DNA of 59,841 bases, counting the filler, from Catajapyx aquilonaris (taxonomy: Eukaryota), in the NCBI GenBank assembly GCA_000934665.2. It is 2 parts of 2 records of this genome, joined end to end, with 100 filler letters (N's around TTAATTAATTAA, not from the genome) between each part and the next. Parts side by side here need not be neighbours in the genome. Positions count along the whole stretch, not along the records: positions 1 to 29,873 come from JYFJ02004729.1; 1 more part is not named here. The stretch is one strand, 5' to 3'. The position numbers and the translations under genes are program-made. This document shows positions 10,601 through 22,051 of this stretch, in pieces. Under the pieces are notes generated by a model. It worked only from the letters and a program-made list of their open reading frames with translations, was not told where the DNA came from and did no database searches. Each line of letters begins with the position of its first letter. Position 1 is the stretch's first letter.

Positions 10601-11526
10601 ATACCATTGAATTTGTTATAATTATAATATATCCCGCGACATTTTTGTTCTTGTCACTGCAATTTTGGTTGATATATCAAAGCCAAGTATTAGCCACATT
10701 CTTGATTTGGCTGGAACTTGCCCTCATGATTGGTAGGATCCCATTCAAGACATGCATTATTGTTAAAACATTTTTATCTGAAACAATAAGGTACCCCGAG
10801 GGTTTTGTGGCATTCATGTACTTCATTGCTGGATTTTGGTTCACCTTCAACCTCCTGGAACGTTTGTATCCTGATACAGGATTTTTTCCTGCCACCATGT
10901 TCTCGAGTTTGAATGGATTACTCTCACATATGGCCGTTCTCATTTATAGGGGAATTAACTCGAAAGAATTACCTCTTTCATACATGACGATATTTTCCCA
11001 GGTGATGATCATATTATCCTTCATTGTCATGGTTGTTTTAGTTTTCATGAATTTTCTGAATGCCCTACCCATTAACGAGAACCAGACAGTCACAGAACTA
11101 CCCAAAGAGAGATCAATCATTGAACTAATTTGTCGCATTGAATCAATTTTTTGCTCACGGACCTTTTTTAGAGATTACTCTGCAAGTCGATCAAATAGCA
11201 TGCATATGTTTTTCAAAAAGTTCGATTGGCTGAAGAAAATGGTCGTTCTCTCTCCCAAATTACAGGGAGTTGTGGTGGTTGATTTGTCCACTTGGAAAGT
11301 GGTGCTTGAAATGGCAGACGGACAAGAACGCAACTTTGCTTGTAATCTCCCCCTTGATAATGTGGAACCCCTGAAGGAATTGATGAATCTAAAGAGAGAA
11401 GGAAGCGATGACATGGAGGAGAGCACTGGTGAATTGGAATGTGATGAAAGTAAATCGTATCTAGAATCTCTGAATTGGTTGGAGCATGTAATAAGCAAAA
11501 TAATTGGAATAAAAAGACGCCAGTAG
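7687..11526 (+). CDS. TRPA-family cation channel, Painless-like paralog 1 (1279 aa, single coding exon)
   Basis: Many ankyrin repeats (GETPLFVAA, GRTPLHLAA, GNTALHLAV, GWTPLHIAA, GETPLHEAV). Pre-S1 LKKYFDRCVT and HLLNHPVLSTFLFFKW. Six hydrophobic segments, with S6 ending VFMNFLNAL. Confidence 0.9.
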   Translation: MEYFISDANEETTNIEMTDRVTPIKQESEREKIIGEAKRLLDEDCKDTNKFTRMMFEVIRVADEPELVERFLTIKDGIDVNARGDKRWTLLHAASHFSRDQTLNKLLRRKASVNTTDDEGCTALHYVRTKEGAMLLIGAGAFVHAKDRYGETPLFVAARSKNLEVAKVYMDEDATCADGVNKDGMTALHVAVKECTRWKNEWQCDIARLYETIEEKQERFQREEKEKKEIENEIGMVALLLGKHTTDGVKYPFKNMSSLHNDAGNTPGHDDDALEMKNILGKLLSSDPTNYYKALWTRNDAGRTPLHLAAISGNCDLLDLWEKCPRPYVMPRIYRLLEGWFGITLNFLTSHEEGIASRLANWKEEKEKCEKEMRTLDIHDGIYYTQLKISRDKAMESIRSVWYPAKDLEGNTALHLAVRHGQKDMALELLSRGIKDTPNKHGDWALHVAVSEGHLDIVDGLLGANNTSNYKYRHIARNYRYTHNARNSEGWTPLHIAARSGKKDMVELLLNQKYTMINAKNWKGETPLHEAVVNGHEDVARILIQHWGDLESRVEGFSTGDLIKKQFPDVLDSIKVHSFDRMCPPNDLTAALYIERSDVFKHILDKRKKQLVNKTDQLDKVKKQLENERLPKRKTELMKKKEHLHRKTTQLSRGDHSDQYLLERASVLGLESCVEELHRNSRYIQNLYARDNTWLIQAATWGHLDILMRYKTSLKNLSTNQEEGVLHLLAKGIDKIDTDVVECCSQVNENSLSQRYDACIVKLLTYFESEESLNQLINSENSEGRTPLHYCITNRSEDTTVEMLLHGADPWRIDQDRGQPLINNISESTLKKYFDRCVTLTSKSGDNNLKVCVDYQLLRSRINATEFEMLEYFSQTEKHMHLLNHPVLSTFLFFKWKKIQWLFWLDFVLYLIFLALWATNVILPSSSPDDEHFVKIPAFCWWVMVFLWVYISFRKFLQMFRDIKNNFFRLENTIEFVIIIIYPATFLFLSLQFWLIYQSQVLATFLIWLELALMIGRIPFKTCIIVKTFLSETIRYPEGFVAFMYFIAGFWFTFNLLERLYPDTGFFPATMFSSLNGLLSHMAVLIYRGINSKELPLSYMTIFSQVMIILSFIVMVVLVFMNFLNALPINENQTVTELPKERSIIELICRIESIFCSRTFFRDYSASRSNSMHMFFKKFDWLKKMVVLSPKLQGVVVVDLSTWKVVLEMADGQERNFACNLPLDNVEPLKELMNLKREGSDDMEESTGELECDESKSYLESLNWLEHVISKIIGIKRRQ

Positions 11527-12390
11527 CCTATACTAAAAGTAGTGGGAAAGGCATGGTGGAAATTCGTTGTATCAAAATATAAATTAATGCCACGAGGCTA
11601 AGCCATATAAGAATCTGCAACCATGATTTTCATACCTACAGTATTAATTCTCTTACAAAACAGTCTAATTAGCTAAATCCAATATACTCAACTAAATATG
11701 GCTGATTGTTGCATGAGAACTTTCTTACCTACAGCTATGTTGCGTCTCTGTCGCCGAAAGATGTAAGAATATTACTTCTACATAATTTTCAGCACTCCTT
11801 ACAAAACGGGTTATAACATTAAAAATGATAACTTTATTTGGTCTCAATAATTACTGCACGTTAATGGAAACAGTAAATGAAGAGTAGCAAGTTGTGACGG
11901 TCCACCACTAGAGTGGCGCAAGCGCGCACTGCGCGGAGCTAGGGGGAGCTCTTTCTGTCTGTCAGTTGTGTTGTAGTCCGAGTCTTGTAATAATTGTATT
12001 ATAATAACAGGGTGCTTCCCCCTGCATATGGTATTTTTCCCGAGGGGAATAAACAAAAATCATTATTATTTATATTATTGTAGTCCGAGTCAAGACTATA
12101 GTACAATAAACGAATGTTGCGTACCTGTTGTATTATCAAACCACGGCCCTAAGTGACCTTGCGGGGTCAGAGAGATGACCTGACGAGGTCAAATATGACA
12201 AAGTCAAGAAAAAAGTTTCACAACTCATTTCTGTTTCAAGGTGAATGCGATACGTAGCTTATCTCCTGGCATCGAATTTGGCTTGCAATATTATTGCAAT
12301 ATTATATCGATTAACATGTTGAGGCCTGAGTTTCTTCTTATTGTTGGTGCGGCTTTTTTATATTTTTTGTCCAATATTCGATGTAATCTA

Positions 12391-12753
12391 CAGGGTGTCA
12401 TTGAATCGACCAGTCAGACCTGTACCCGTGGCTTAATTGTCACAAGAGGATCATGTCATGTAGAGGAGTCACCATGTCTGGGCAGATTCATTACTGAGAT
12501 AATTGATCATTTGCGATTTAGCGATTGGGCCTAAGAGGGATTGTCAAATAGCAGCAGTGACAAGTGCGACTGCGCTTGAAAATAAGCAGTGCGTGTCAGT
12601 GTGTGCCATGCGACATGCTAGTAGTCAAATAGAAAAGCTGCTATTTTGACCGGTGATGTGATTTCGGGGTTGAAGGTTTCCATACCTCCCAGGACCTCTG
12701 GTGACAATTCAGCCACAGGTACAGGTATGACTGGTCGATTCAATAACACCCTG
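12391..12753. mobile_element. Tc1/mariner-type MITE
   Basis: TA|CAGGGTGTCATTGAATCGACCAGTCA ... TGACTGGTCGATTCAATAACACCCTG|TA; TIRs ~60 bp. Confidence 0.85.
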
Positions 12754-13462
12754 TAGAAGTGTTATTAATTAACAACAACTTCGCGCCGAAATTAATCATT
12801 TTAATTCATGGTGGTCCTTTTGAATGTAAAAGGCCTGAATAAAATCATCTACAGGTTATTGTTACATAAATATTTTTACAGGATCGTATGGCTCTCAGAA
12901 CGTTGAGAAGCCTAACAAGTTTACTCAGTCACTATACACTGTGGTTATGGTTTCATAGCATTTCCCCAACGCTGTACTATGAGAAACTCCCAAGGGTCCA
13001 GACTTTATGGAAACCCTGTACTCAGGGCGTTTGTTTACATGAAAGATAACGCAGCAGCCGCGTGACCCTGGAATGTTCGACACAGCTTGGCTCCCGCCCA
13101 GTTGATTGTGGGAGTGTCATGGTAGTTTAGTCACCATACAAGAGATGGCAGGAGTATATTGAACCGAATTTGGAACCGCAAAGTTCGAATAATCGAATTC
13201 TCTGTGCACATCTTAGCACGCCAAATTCAAACATCCGCAGACCATCATAATTATATGACTAGCGCACCCGTAGCCAAAATTTGGCAAAACCTGCAATGAG
13301 GACAATGTGGGAATGAAAAAATGGAATGAGAAGGCTCGCGGAGTGACAACTAAGAAATAGCGTATATCTGGTCGTAAGACGGGGTTGAAAAATTTAGTGG
13401 CATTGAATCAATGGACAGACGGTAGGCTATACTTCTTGAGTCGGACATGAGAAAAGTCTTTT

Positions 13463-16400
13463 TCATAAAACCTCGCGATATACAACATTCTGTGTAAAGA
13501 CTCTGTTGTTGGAGAGCAATGTTCCTTGTTGAGAAGTAGGAGTAGTGAATACTTTGACCTGACTTGGGTTGCGAGACCGGGACAGTGCCACATAAGGCTC
13601 ATTCACACGAGCGACCCTTGGCCAGGAATTCCTGGCCAATACGGAAACATGGCCAGCCGCTGGCCAGGAATCGAAAGTAACAGTTCACACGAGCGACGTT
13701 GTTGGGGGACAAGTGAGCATCGGGAGGCGCTTGGGAGTGCCCCTACTGCGCATGTGTTACCCCTGGCAACCATCGCTGGCCATGGCTAGCCATCTTCCGG
13801 AGCATGGCCAGCTCAGCCACCTTTTCCTGGCTCGGGTGGCGACCTTCCCTTCCTGGCCGAACCTGGCCGCTAGCGTGTGAACAGGCTTGGCGATCTTTGG
13901 CGAGAAAACTTCCTGGCCGAAGGTCGCTCGTGTGAATGCGCCTATACAGCTGGCCATGTGAGAAGACAGGTTCATCCAGGTAAATGCCCACGTGCTCAAA
14001 AGTCTGGCCCTGCGACTTGTTGATCGTCATGGCATAAGCTGGAATGATAGGAAACTGGCGGCGTTTGAGAACAAAAGGCATATTGATGTCACTGGGAGCT
14101 AAGGTAATTCGGGGCAAGAAAGCGACATGACCGCGATTACAATCCGACACTATTTCGGCAGCAATGAAATTAGCATGGAGCCCAGTGACCAATAGGCGAC
14201 TGCCGTTGCAGAGGCCTTGTTTGGAATCGAGATTTCTTAGCTACATCACCACCACTCCTTGTTTCAACAACAATAACTTATGCGGCGGCATGCCTGAGGG
14301 AGTGAGTTCATGCAAAAACTCTGGTGGAAAATTGAGGACGTCGTGTGGATCCTCGGAAACGACTGAATCGGAACTGTAATAGACAACAGACTGTGAAGGG
14401 AGTTTGTCAATAATGGATCGATTCATTTCAAGAGTCTATTTGTTGGTAGGAGCTAGAATTACTCTCTTAGTAAGGTCTGCGACAGGAATGTTGGATAAGT
14501 TGTCGCCGTAAATGGCTTCAATCAAATCGACTCTTGCAACCATTTGCGGAGGGATTTCAACGGAATCGCATGGCAATCCAGGAACATTTGGAAGACTCCC
14601 AGATCCGATGCTTAGTAGCCACGCGTTGTGTTCATTTTCCCCAGCGCTGCGCATGTTGGTGGTCAGAGCGAGGTGAGTGAAGACGTGCCAAATAGGGCTT
14701 GATTTGATGCAACTTTCGATGACATCCGCTCGACCACCTCGACGGACCACCGGTAGGGTCTGCCGGAAATCGCCTCCGATTATAACAACTTTTCCTCTGA
14801 ACGGCGCGTCATTGTTCGTGATCTCCCGCAAAAGTAAGTCGATGCAGCGAAGACGTCCTTTGTCAGCAGAGTAATTTCATCAATGATGATCAGCACAGCC
14901 TGACGCAATATCTGAGCTTCCGGAGACGTAGGTCTCATTGACGAAACAGATGTGTCGAGAAGAGGAACTGGCAGCTTGAAACCACTGTGAACAGTCCGTC
15001 CGCCTTTCAACAGGGTTGATACAATTCCAGTAGTTGCGAATGGAAGTGCAATATCACCTTTCCCTCGAATGAAAGACGACAGTGTGGAATACAGGAAAGT
15101 TTTGCCAGAACCTCCTGGACCATCCAGGTAAAAATAGTAGGCTACCTGTTGTTGTCATTTGGGTTGTGAAGAGCTCCGGAAATTTGCGTGGAGGCTGCAA
15201 ACTGCTCTGGATTAAGGGAAGCAATTTTGGTTTCTGCCTCTGTGTTCTCCTCAGCTTGGCTGTAAAGCAGAACTTCGATTGCATGACCAGTATTAGGGAC
15301 GGGAAGGCCAACAGATGCACATGACAATCTGTGTTGTATAAGTGTGCCATTGATGTCATGCAGAGCCAAGGAAAAAGCAGCAGATTCAGGGTTGTTCCGC
15401 AAGTAATCGAGAGACATGTCAATCGAGTACCTCTTCCACAGCTCGAGCGCATTGGTTAGATTGCTGAAGCAGAGGAGGAATGAGAAAGTCTGGCGCAGTT
15501 GCATTGGCATTAGGTGGGTGGCACCGTCGTGTAAGCAACGATCCCATTCTTCATCAGAGTCCAGCAAGTGACGTTGGAATGCAGCTCTCTGGAAGGTGTC
15601 GTAACCGTTCGGAGGAATTCGAAGCTTGTAGCACCAGGAACGTGTAGCAGAAGCATGCACAGGTAGAATCGTTCCTCGTCTTTCACACTCACCAAGTACA
15701 TTCTCGCGACTATCTTGGTTCGACCCCTCTTTCGCTTTTGCCAGTTGTTACGAACGCAGACGTAGTTGTGAGGAACACGGAGGAACATCAGCGTACAACA
15801 ATCCCTGACCATGAGCGTCGGTTCTGTTCAACTGGAACCATGACTCCAGTTTAGTCAGTCCAGTGTGTGCAGCTTGTAAGGCTTCAGCTTCGCGACCTGC
15901 TGAGAACGTGATACGTTGCTGGTAAGGCAGGTGAACTGGCAGCCTAACAACTGCATGCGAGCGGTCATGCATATTAAATTCCAGCAATCGCCACATCGCT
16001 TCAGGTGCAGAGACATATCGAGCGTCAATGTAGTTTGCAATCTCGTTGTGCTGGAGGTGTCCTGCAGTGACAACCATGTTGGCACAATCGAATCCCTTGT
16101 AAAAATACTGTATATTTGTAAATGTATTTCACTGCACGCAGAGAAGTGCAAACCTCGACATTGATGTGCGCAGAGTATTTCAGGAGCAAGTAGGGACTGT
16201 ATGGCACAACGAATCTGTTGTCTAGAGTCGATTCTCGTACCTGGGCCGTCGCACATCGGAGCGTGTACAATATAGCGGATAGCCGTTGACGTTCTGTGCA
16301 GTTTGCGGTTGAAATTCCTTGGGGAAGTTCTTCTTACACTGTCCGCCATCCATGCAAGGTGCTCGAGGATTTGCTGCACCGCATGGCCCATGGATCATGC

Positions 16401-17050
16401 ACCGAGTGACGATGTCATGCAAGCGCGGATTGAGATGAGGCGAAGGAATCTCAGCACATATGAATCGATCGATACGTTGAACGTTGAAAAATTTGTCTTC
16501 CGGTCGCAGGACAATAAAAATGTAAGCATGTGGGAGTCCACGCTTTTGAAATTCGATCGTGTAGACATGAGCTGTTGATATTCCTAAGACACCATGAACC
16601 GTCAGGTCTTCCATGAGCGATTTGAGCTTCAAATGAAAAATTCTTGCCACCAAATCAGTACTGTCAGTGGCTAGTTCGCCTCGTCGCAGGTTAAGTGTGA
16701 TTTCAGGCCATGTAGGATTCGCTGTAAATGTTATGAAGAGATCAGGTGCACCGTATTTGGCGAAGATGGACATCGCGTCGGCGCATCGTTCTCTCATATT
16801 TCGCGGTGAGCCTTGAAAAGATGACGGCAGAATCATTGGAATGCCAGCATGCAGGCCAGCATTCTGAGCCGCGTTCTCGAGATGGTCTGAAAGTCCTTGG
16901 TATAGCTCGGTTCTGAACTGTTGCTGATGCATGCGGATGAAATTGAGGTTGTTGGCGTCAACCTGGAAATAGGAATCGACAATTTATTGTTGCGTAAGTT
17001 TTCCAGCCCCAAGAATAGGATTGAAATGGTCCATTACTGCTGTTAACGCT
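13463..17050 (-). pseudogene. Helitron RepHel (HUH endonuclease + Pif1 helicase), multiply frameshifted
   Basis: PDLFITFTANPTW, VYTIEFQKRGLPHAY, AVKYIYKY, DARYVSAPEAMWRL, GRTVHSGFKLP, IIIDEI, GDFRQTLPVV, RRQFPIIPAYAMTINKSQGQT and HGQLY/VALSR are spread over more than 8 ORF pieces. Stop TGA at 13465-13463. Confidence 0.93.
13595..13943. mobile_element. PIF/Harbinger-type MITE inserted in the Helitron helicase
   Basis: AGGCTCATTCACACGAGCGACC ... GGTCGCTCGTGTGAATGCGCCT with a 3-bp ATA duplication. Removing it restores HGQLYVALSR. Confidence 0.85.
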
Positions 17051-18074
17051 GCTTTGTACTGAAGCATGTACTGAAGGAAGGTGGCAGCACTCACCAGGGA
17101 CCTGTATTGGCGGAAAAGGAAATAGGTGGCGGTTAGGACTTTTGGCGGGAAGGGAAAGAGGCGGCCAGATGAATTATTGCCGTGAATAAAAAGATGGCAG
17201 CACTCCCTTGGCGGCCCCTTGGTGAGTGCTGCCACCTTTTGATCACGGCACTAATTCATCAGGCCGCCAAGGAAGTGCTGCCACCTTTTTATTCACGGCA
17301 CTAATTCTTCAGGTCGGCACATCTGGAGCGTTCCAGACGGCGAAAAAATAAGGCTATTATTATAGGGGGATTGGCGTCGCCCTCAACAGGTTAATCTGCT
17401 ACCACTATTTTTAAATGAGGATGGTATAATTATTATGTTGCTGATAGTTGCTTCCAACAGGTTGCTGCTCTTTTTCAGGTGGTTCTTGGGGTGATTCCCA
17501 TTAACTTCGCTTAAATGAAGAACCCTACCCCGACAAATCCGGACAAATCCGACAAAATATATCCGACAAATACGACAAATAGCTACATTCACAGTCACTT
17601 TGAATGCCCAAATTATTTCACTTCCCTAACTTCATAAAACCCGAACATGACCCAACTCCTTAAGATACTTTTCCATTTAATTTATTCATTGCTTTAGGAT
17701 TGTCATCTCACAGTTGAATAATAGCACACACTGTTGGTGTTGCTTAGCCTTGGACAAGTTCAGGTCACATTGGTCTACACAATCATGATAATTATGCAGA
17801 AGCTCAAAAGTACAGAAACCATGCGTGAGTGCATCATCATCCTTGTTGACCAGGAAAACAGATGGGCAATGACTGCTGAGAACTCTAAACCTACTGTCTA
17901 TACTCTATAGTATCTCTAGTGTCATAACATCCATCTCGACGTATACCACCTACCACATATAAGCAAAGTACAAGCTGTTACTCCAGTACAGCACTTACCC
18001 GCATTGGCACGTCAAATAATAACGTCACTGACAGACAGTCCGTTATCCACTTACAAGGGGTCAAACTTGACCTG

Positions 18075-18600
18075 TGTTTCCAATGTCACCTAAGTCCGGG
18101 ACTTAGTTGAATTTGGAACACCAACAGGTGAAAACATATACCAAATGAAAAAAAGCAAAATTTGCACGTAATTTTATTTACTGCATAGATTTTACGAAAT
18201 AGTTATGTTTCACTTATTTCTTTAGATTCATCATTATCTGAGTCACATGCAGGGCAGGCAAGAGGATCATCGTAAAACAATTAGCGTATTGAAACAGTTT
18301 ACGCACATCAACATTTTTGGCCTCCTTTACACGGTTTGTCTTTGGAAGTAATTGGGCATTTCCCACGGAAGATAAAGTGACCCCCCTTTTCAAAACACTG
18401 TGGTAAGTTGGCGGTCTTACATACACCTCTTGCACCCCAATAGTCCGATTTCCTTTTACATAGGTGAAAACACTCTGATCCATTGTTTTGAATGGCAGTT
18501 TTGCCTTGAGGATTTTCTTACCCACTTCTGAATAGTCATACACGTTCCGATCACCACCATACACCCTACACGTAACATGGTCTCTCATAATATATTGCAT
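18075..18600 (-). pseudogene. Possible C-terminal remnant of a DNA-transposon transposase (Sola-like?)
   Basis: 128-aa ORF (..YDYSE..SVLKRG..VKEAKNVDVRKL) recalls insect transposase C-termini. An imperfect palindrome GTGTTTCCAATGTCACCTAAGTCC/GGACTTAGTTGAATTTGGAACAC at ~18080-18120 lies just downstream. Confidence 0.35.
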
Positions 18601-18923
18601 GACACCAAGAGGGATAGCTACTCGTCAGGACTGAGAATTTGTTCCCTCTTCCACAGATTTTTTTTTAAATTCTCCAAAACACCCTGTCGGGTGATGGCAT
18701 AAAACTGTACCCTCTATAATAGGGAAATAATGCATTACCTTATTAAACAATGGGCTGGACACTTTCAGTGTACTGCATCAGCGTTTTGCTGGTCACGGAA
18801 CGACAACACGGTAAAAGGAGGCCGCCATTACAGGCGCTGCAGGCAAGGTTTGGAATCCGCCTTGCCTGCCACAATGACCTAAAGAGGTCACCCCACGGAG
18901 TTATACTCAAATGTGTGATTCTG

Positions 18924-18925
<2 letters not shown>

Positions 18926-18983
<58 letters not shown>
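18926..18983. repeat. (AG)n microsatellite
   Basis: Direct reading. Confidence 0.97.
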
Positions 18984-18986
<3 letters not shown>

Positions 18987-20107
18987 ATCCAAGTTTCTAC
19001 ACAACTACAACTGTCAGAACAACAATATGACCCAAGAAGGACAATATGACCCAAGTAAATATGGCGACTCCCTCAGCCTGGCTAATGGGAAAGGATAGGA
19101 AGTACTAACTCTTGGTAAATAATTATATATAATAGCAGAACTCTTTGGTTGCACCTGGGTTGCACCTGTACCACAGATATCATATCGCCAAGCTATAGAT
19201 AAATGACAGAGATAGATTTTATATATTTGCTAGCAAAGGAGAGATACAGCGATAATAAAAGGAAAAACCAGATGAATGCAATCACACAAACTTTCACCTC
19301 AAATTGATCCTTGTATACCAAATCATATTGAACCAAAGAGTATAGAGTCAAATCTGGGCAAATCTTTTTGCCTTTTATTACATATTTTAAAGTACGGTAC
19401 ATTTCGACAGCATGGTTAAGAAGCTTGCTTTTCTTAACATGTGGGGAATGTGAAGGGTGCCCGGAAAGGTATTATCTTCTAGTAGGCCTACAGTAGATTT
19501 TGTCATAAATGGCAAATGTACCGGTACTGTACTTATTGCCACTACTGTAGTCGTATACGACAATTTTTTTGTCTTTTAGCATCTTATTAAAAGGGCGAAT
19601 ATAATATATTATATTTAGCATATTTGACATGCGGAGTCGCTATATTTCTGGAGACTTGCATAACCTTCATAAGTTATATCACAATTATTGAATCTTCAAC
19701 CTGTCTCTCTACCTTGTCTGATAATTCAAACACAGATTAGCTTCTTCAGAAAATTGCTATCTATACTCTAGGAATAAAGTGTTCTATCTACTTCCAATTA
19801 TTGTCAGATTTGACCCTGAGACAATCAGATAATGGGCCTATATATTCATCATGGAAGCTTCTGCACCGCTTGATTCGCAAAGAAGTAACCCACTGGGATG
19901 CATGCCTGGACGTCACAAGTGAGTTATCATTCATTACAGTGATTGATTATGGAGTATGCAAACTTGTCCAAATATTATTTTATATTGCCAACACATATTA
20001 CATTATACACAATAATTATGCAGAATATAATCTGATTTTGCCATAAATTATTTACTGCAGGTTTCCACACCAACTTCTTTTTACTGTCATTTGGGATCCT
20101 TTAAATT

Positions 20108-20370
20108 AAGGGTTCTTAAACTGTGGGGTACACCTCCCCTGGGGAGGTGTAGACAGCCTCCAGGGGAGATGTGAGTCGTCACAAAACTAGATATAGTTTT
20201 ATCCACATTATTTTTATGTACACAAAATTCTAGAATGCCCAGGGATGGAGAACTATGTAACTTTCAACCAAGTATTAGTAACTTCCGTCCTAATGGCAAG
20301 AAACGTGGGAGGTGTCGGTCATAAGAGTTTTCCCAGGGAGGTGTAACCGCAAAAAGTTTAAGAACCACTA
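20108..20370. mobile_element. hAT (Charlie/Buster-like) MITE, degraded
   Basis: GGTTCTTAAACT ... AGTTTAAGAACCAC inverted ends. TSD not clear. Confidence 0.55.
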
Positions 20371-20699
20371 ATTTAGGACAATTTCGGGATTGTTTCTACA
20401 TTATGTATCATGTTTAAAAATTATTTTCGCAATTTGGATTAAAAGTAGGCTACACTAATCAGTGGGGCTTAACGTCGGTCTATTTCTGCCGCTATGGCTC
20501 AACATCGTCGCCAGGGGGTGGTCCTCCTCCTGGAAATTTGGCCACTCTGGGGATCTTTAACGTGCACTCGCGCAATGTCACATGCACACGGGACCGACGC
20601 GACGGCTTTACTACGGCGCTATATAAAAAGGCACCCATATAGGCCTACTTGGACAAATAAAGGTCCGTGCTGTATACCTGTAGGGGCAAGCACTACCCG

Positions 20700-20700
<1 letters not shown>

Positions 20701-20757
<57 letters not shown>
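20701..20757. repeat. (ATT)n microsatellite
   Basis: Direct reading. Confidence 0.97.
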
Positions 20758-20760
<3 letters not shown>

Positions 20761-20847
20761 TATGCAACTCATTTTTACAAATAGTAGACCTTGATCATTC
20801 TTCTCCCGAGGACTTCATTTATCCTCTATGAATTTAGATACGCAATT

Positions 20848-21226
20848 GGGGAGGCGTGGTGGCCGAGACGGCAACGTCTCGGCTTGCTGTGCGGAAGGTC
20901 CGGGTGAAAACCCCCGCCCGAGAGCTCCCTTTCGCCTGCGTCCGGAGGGTCTCTGACCCGCGCCTTGGAGGCGTCTGGCAACCTTAACCTCCAGGGAGAC
21001 TGCACACGACCCCTTTACCGACATTGCACTTGCACCAGTCCTGTGTCTCCTTCCCAGAAATCCCCATCCTTACCTCATCCTTTCATCCATGCACCGGAAT
21101 TGAAAAAAAATATATACATAAAATTGATGTAAAAATCGGTAAAAATGGTGATGTTCCACCACCACCCCCCTCCTAAGAGGGTCTCTGGCCCTATCACGGG
21201 GTAACATAAATAAATAATAAATAAAT
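20848..21226 (+). mobile_element. tRNA-derived SINE, family 2
   Basis: A-box-like TGGCCGAGACGG head, (TAAA)n tail and TSD ATACGCAATT. Homologous to 45510-45815. Confidence 0.8.
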
Positions 21227-21489
21227 ATACGCAATTTATAACTAAGTTATGTTTGTTTTCATTTTTGCCTTGCGCTTGCTCTTATGTGATGTGAATAGGT
21301 TTAGTAGGGTAACTGAAACATTCAAACATACTGATTAGTATATCACAATTTACATCACTCTGGGACAAAGGTGTGGGTAAAAATTCATAACAGCAAGTGA
21401 CGGACTGACGGTATAACTCCACATGTTGTAATATACTACAACAAGTAGTGTGCCTATATCAGTATTTTTATACTGATTTCCATTTCTAG

Positions 21490-21667
21490 GGATACTCTGG
21501 ATGATCGATGCGTCAGGGAATGCTAATGCTGCACAGAAGGAACATACTATTGTAGAGCATCTTTTCTGCTTAATTGGACACACCTTTCAACCTGGTGTTT
21601 ATGAGTTGTGAACATGCATCACCTGGTTTGCTAAATATATTGGGAACTGGGTCAGCACAAAATAATG
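21490..21667 (+). other. Candidate 5'-UTR exon B of TRPA paralog 2
   Basis: ACTGATTTCCATTTCTAG| acceptor and ATG|GTAAGA donor. Shares CGTCAGGGA..ATGCTGCACAGAAG..CCTTT.AACCTGG with 5764-5868. Confidence 0.55.
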
Positions 21668-22051
21668 GTAAGATATTATTCCATCAGATTTAATATTGGG
21701 GTGATGACAAATGAGTGTGTACTGGCGATTCATGTAACTTAGGCCTATAATAAAAATGTCGCATGTTTGGCAGTCTATAACAGCGATAAAACGGCAGAAT
21801 GAGATCGGTACATACTGTAACTTATAAGATATAGAAGTTTTCCCCTACAAATGCTAATTAGTTACAAGTAATTAATTTAATTTCAAGGTACGACAACGGA
21901 GATAATTATGAGTACGAATACAAAAATGTGGAACTGAATTACACGTCGCCGCCTATAAGCCTCCAGCAATCACGGCAACTCCGACCACAAGAGTAGGAAT
22001 GTTCGGGAAATGAAACTATAATTACTGGGGAAATCATTCTTATACCGAAAC

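Larger units (their letters stand above)
13259..17370 (-). mobile_element. Helitron, decayed autonomous-type, both termini visible
   Basis: Minus strand starts A|TCCCCCTATAATAATAGCC (17370) and ends with hairpin GCCAAA-T-TTTGGC plus CTAG|T (13259), matching the A^T target rule. RepHel remnants lie between. Confidence 0.85.

Noticed and set aside
7687..11526. Bacterial or endosymbiont ankyrin gene, or horizontal transfer, given the intronless ORF
   Set aside because: The ankyrins are followed by a metazoan TRPA TM domain and there are candidate spliced leaders.
13743..14192. 149-aa ORF suggesting a helicase with a novel C-terminus
   Set aside because: It is read-through from the Pif1 domain into the inserted MITE.
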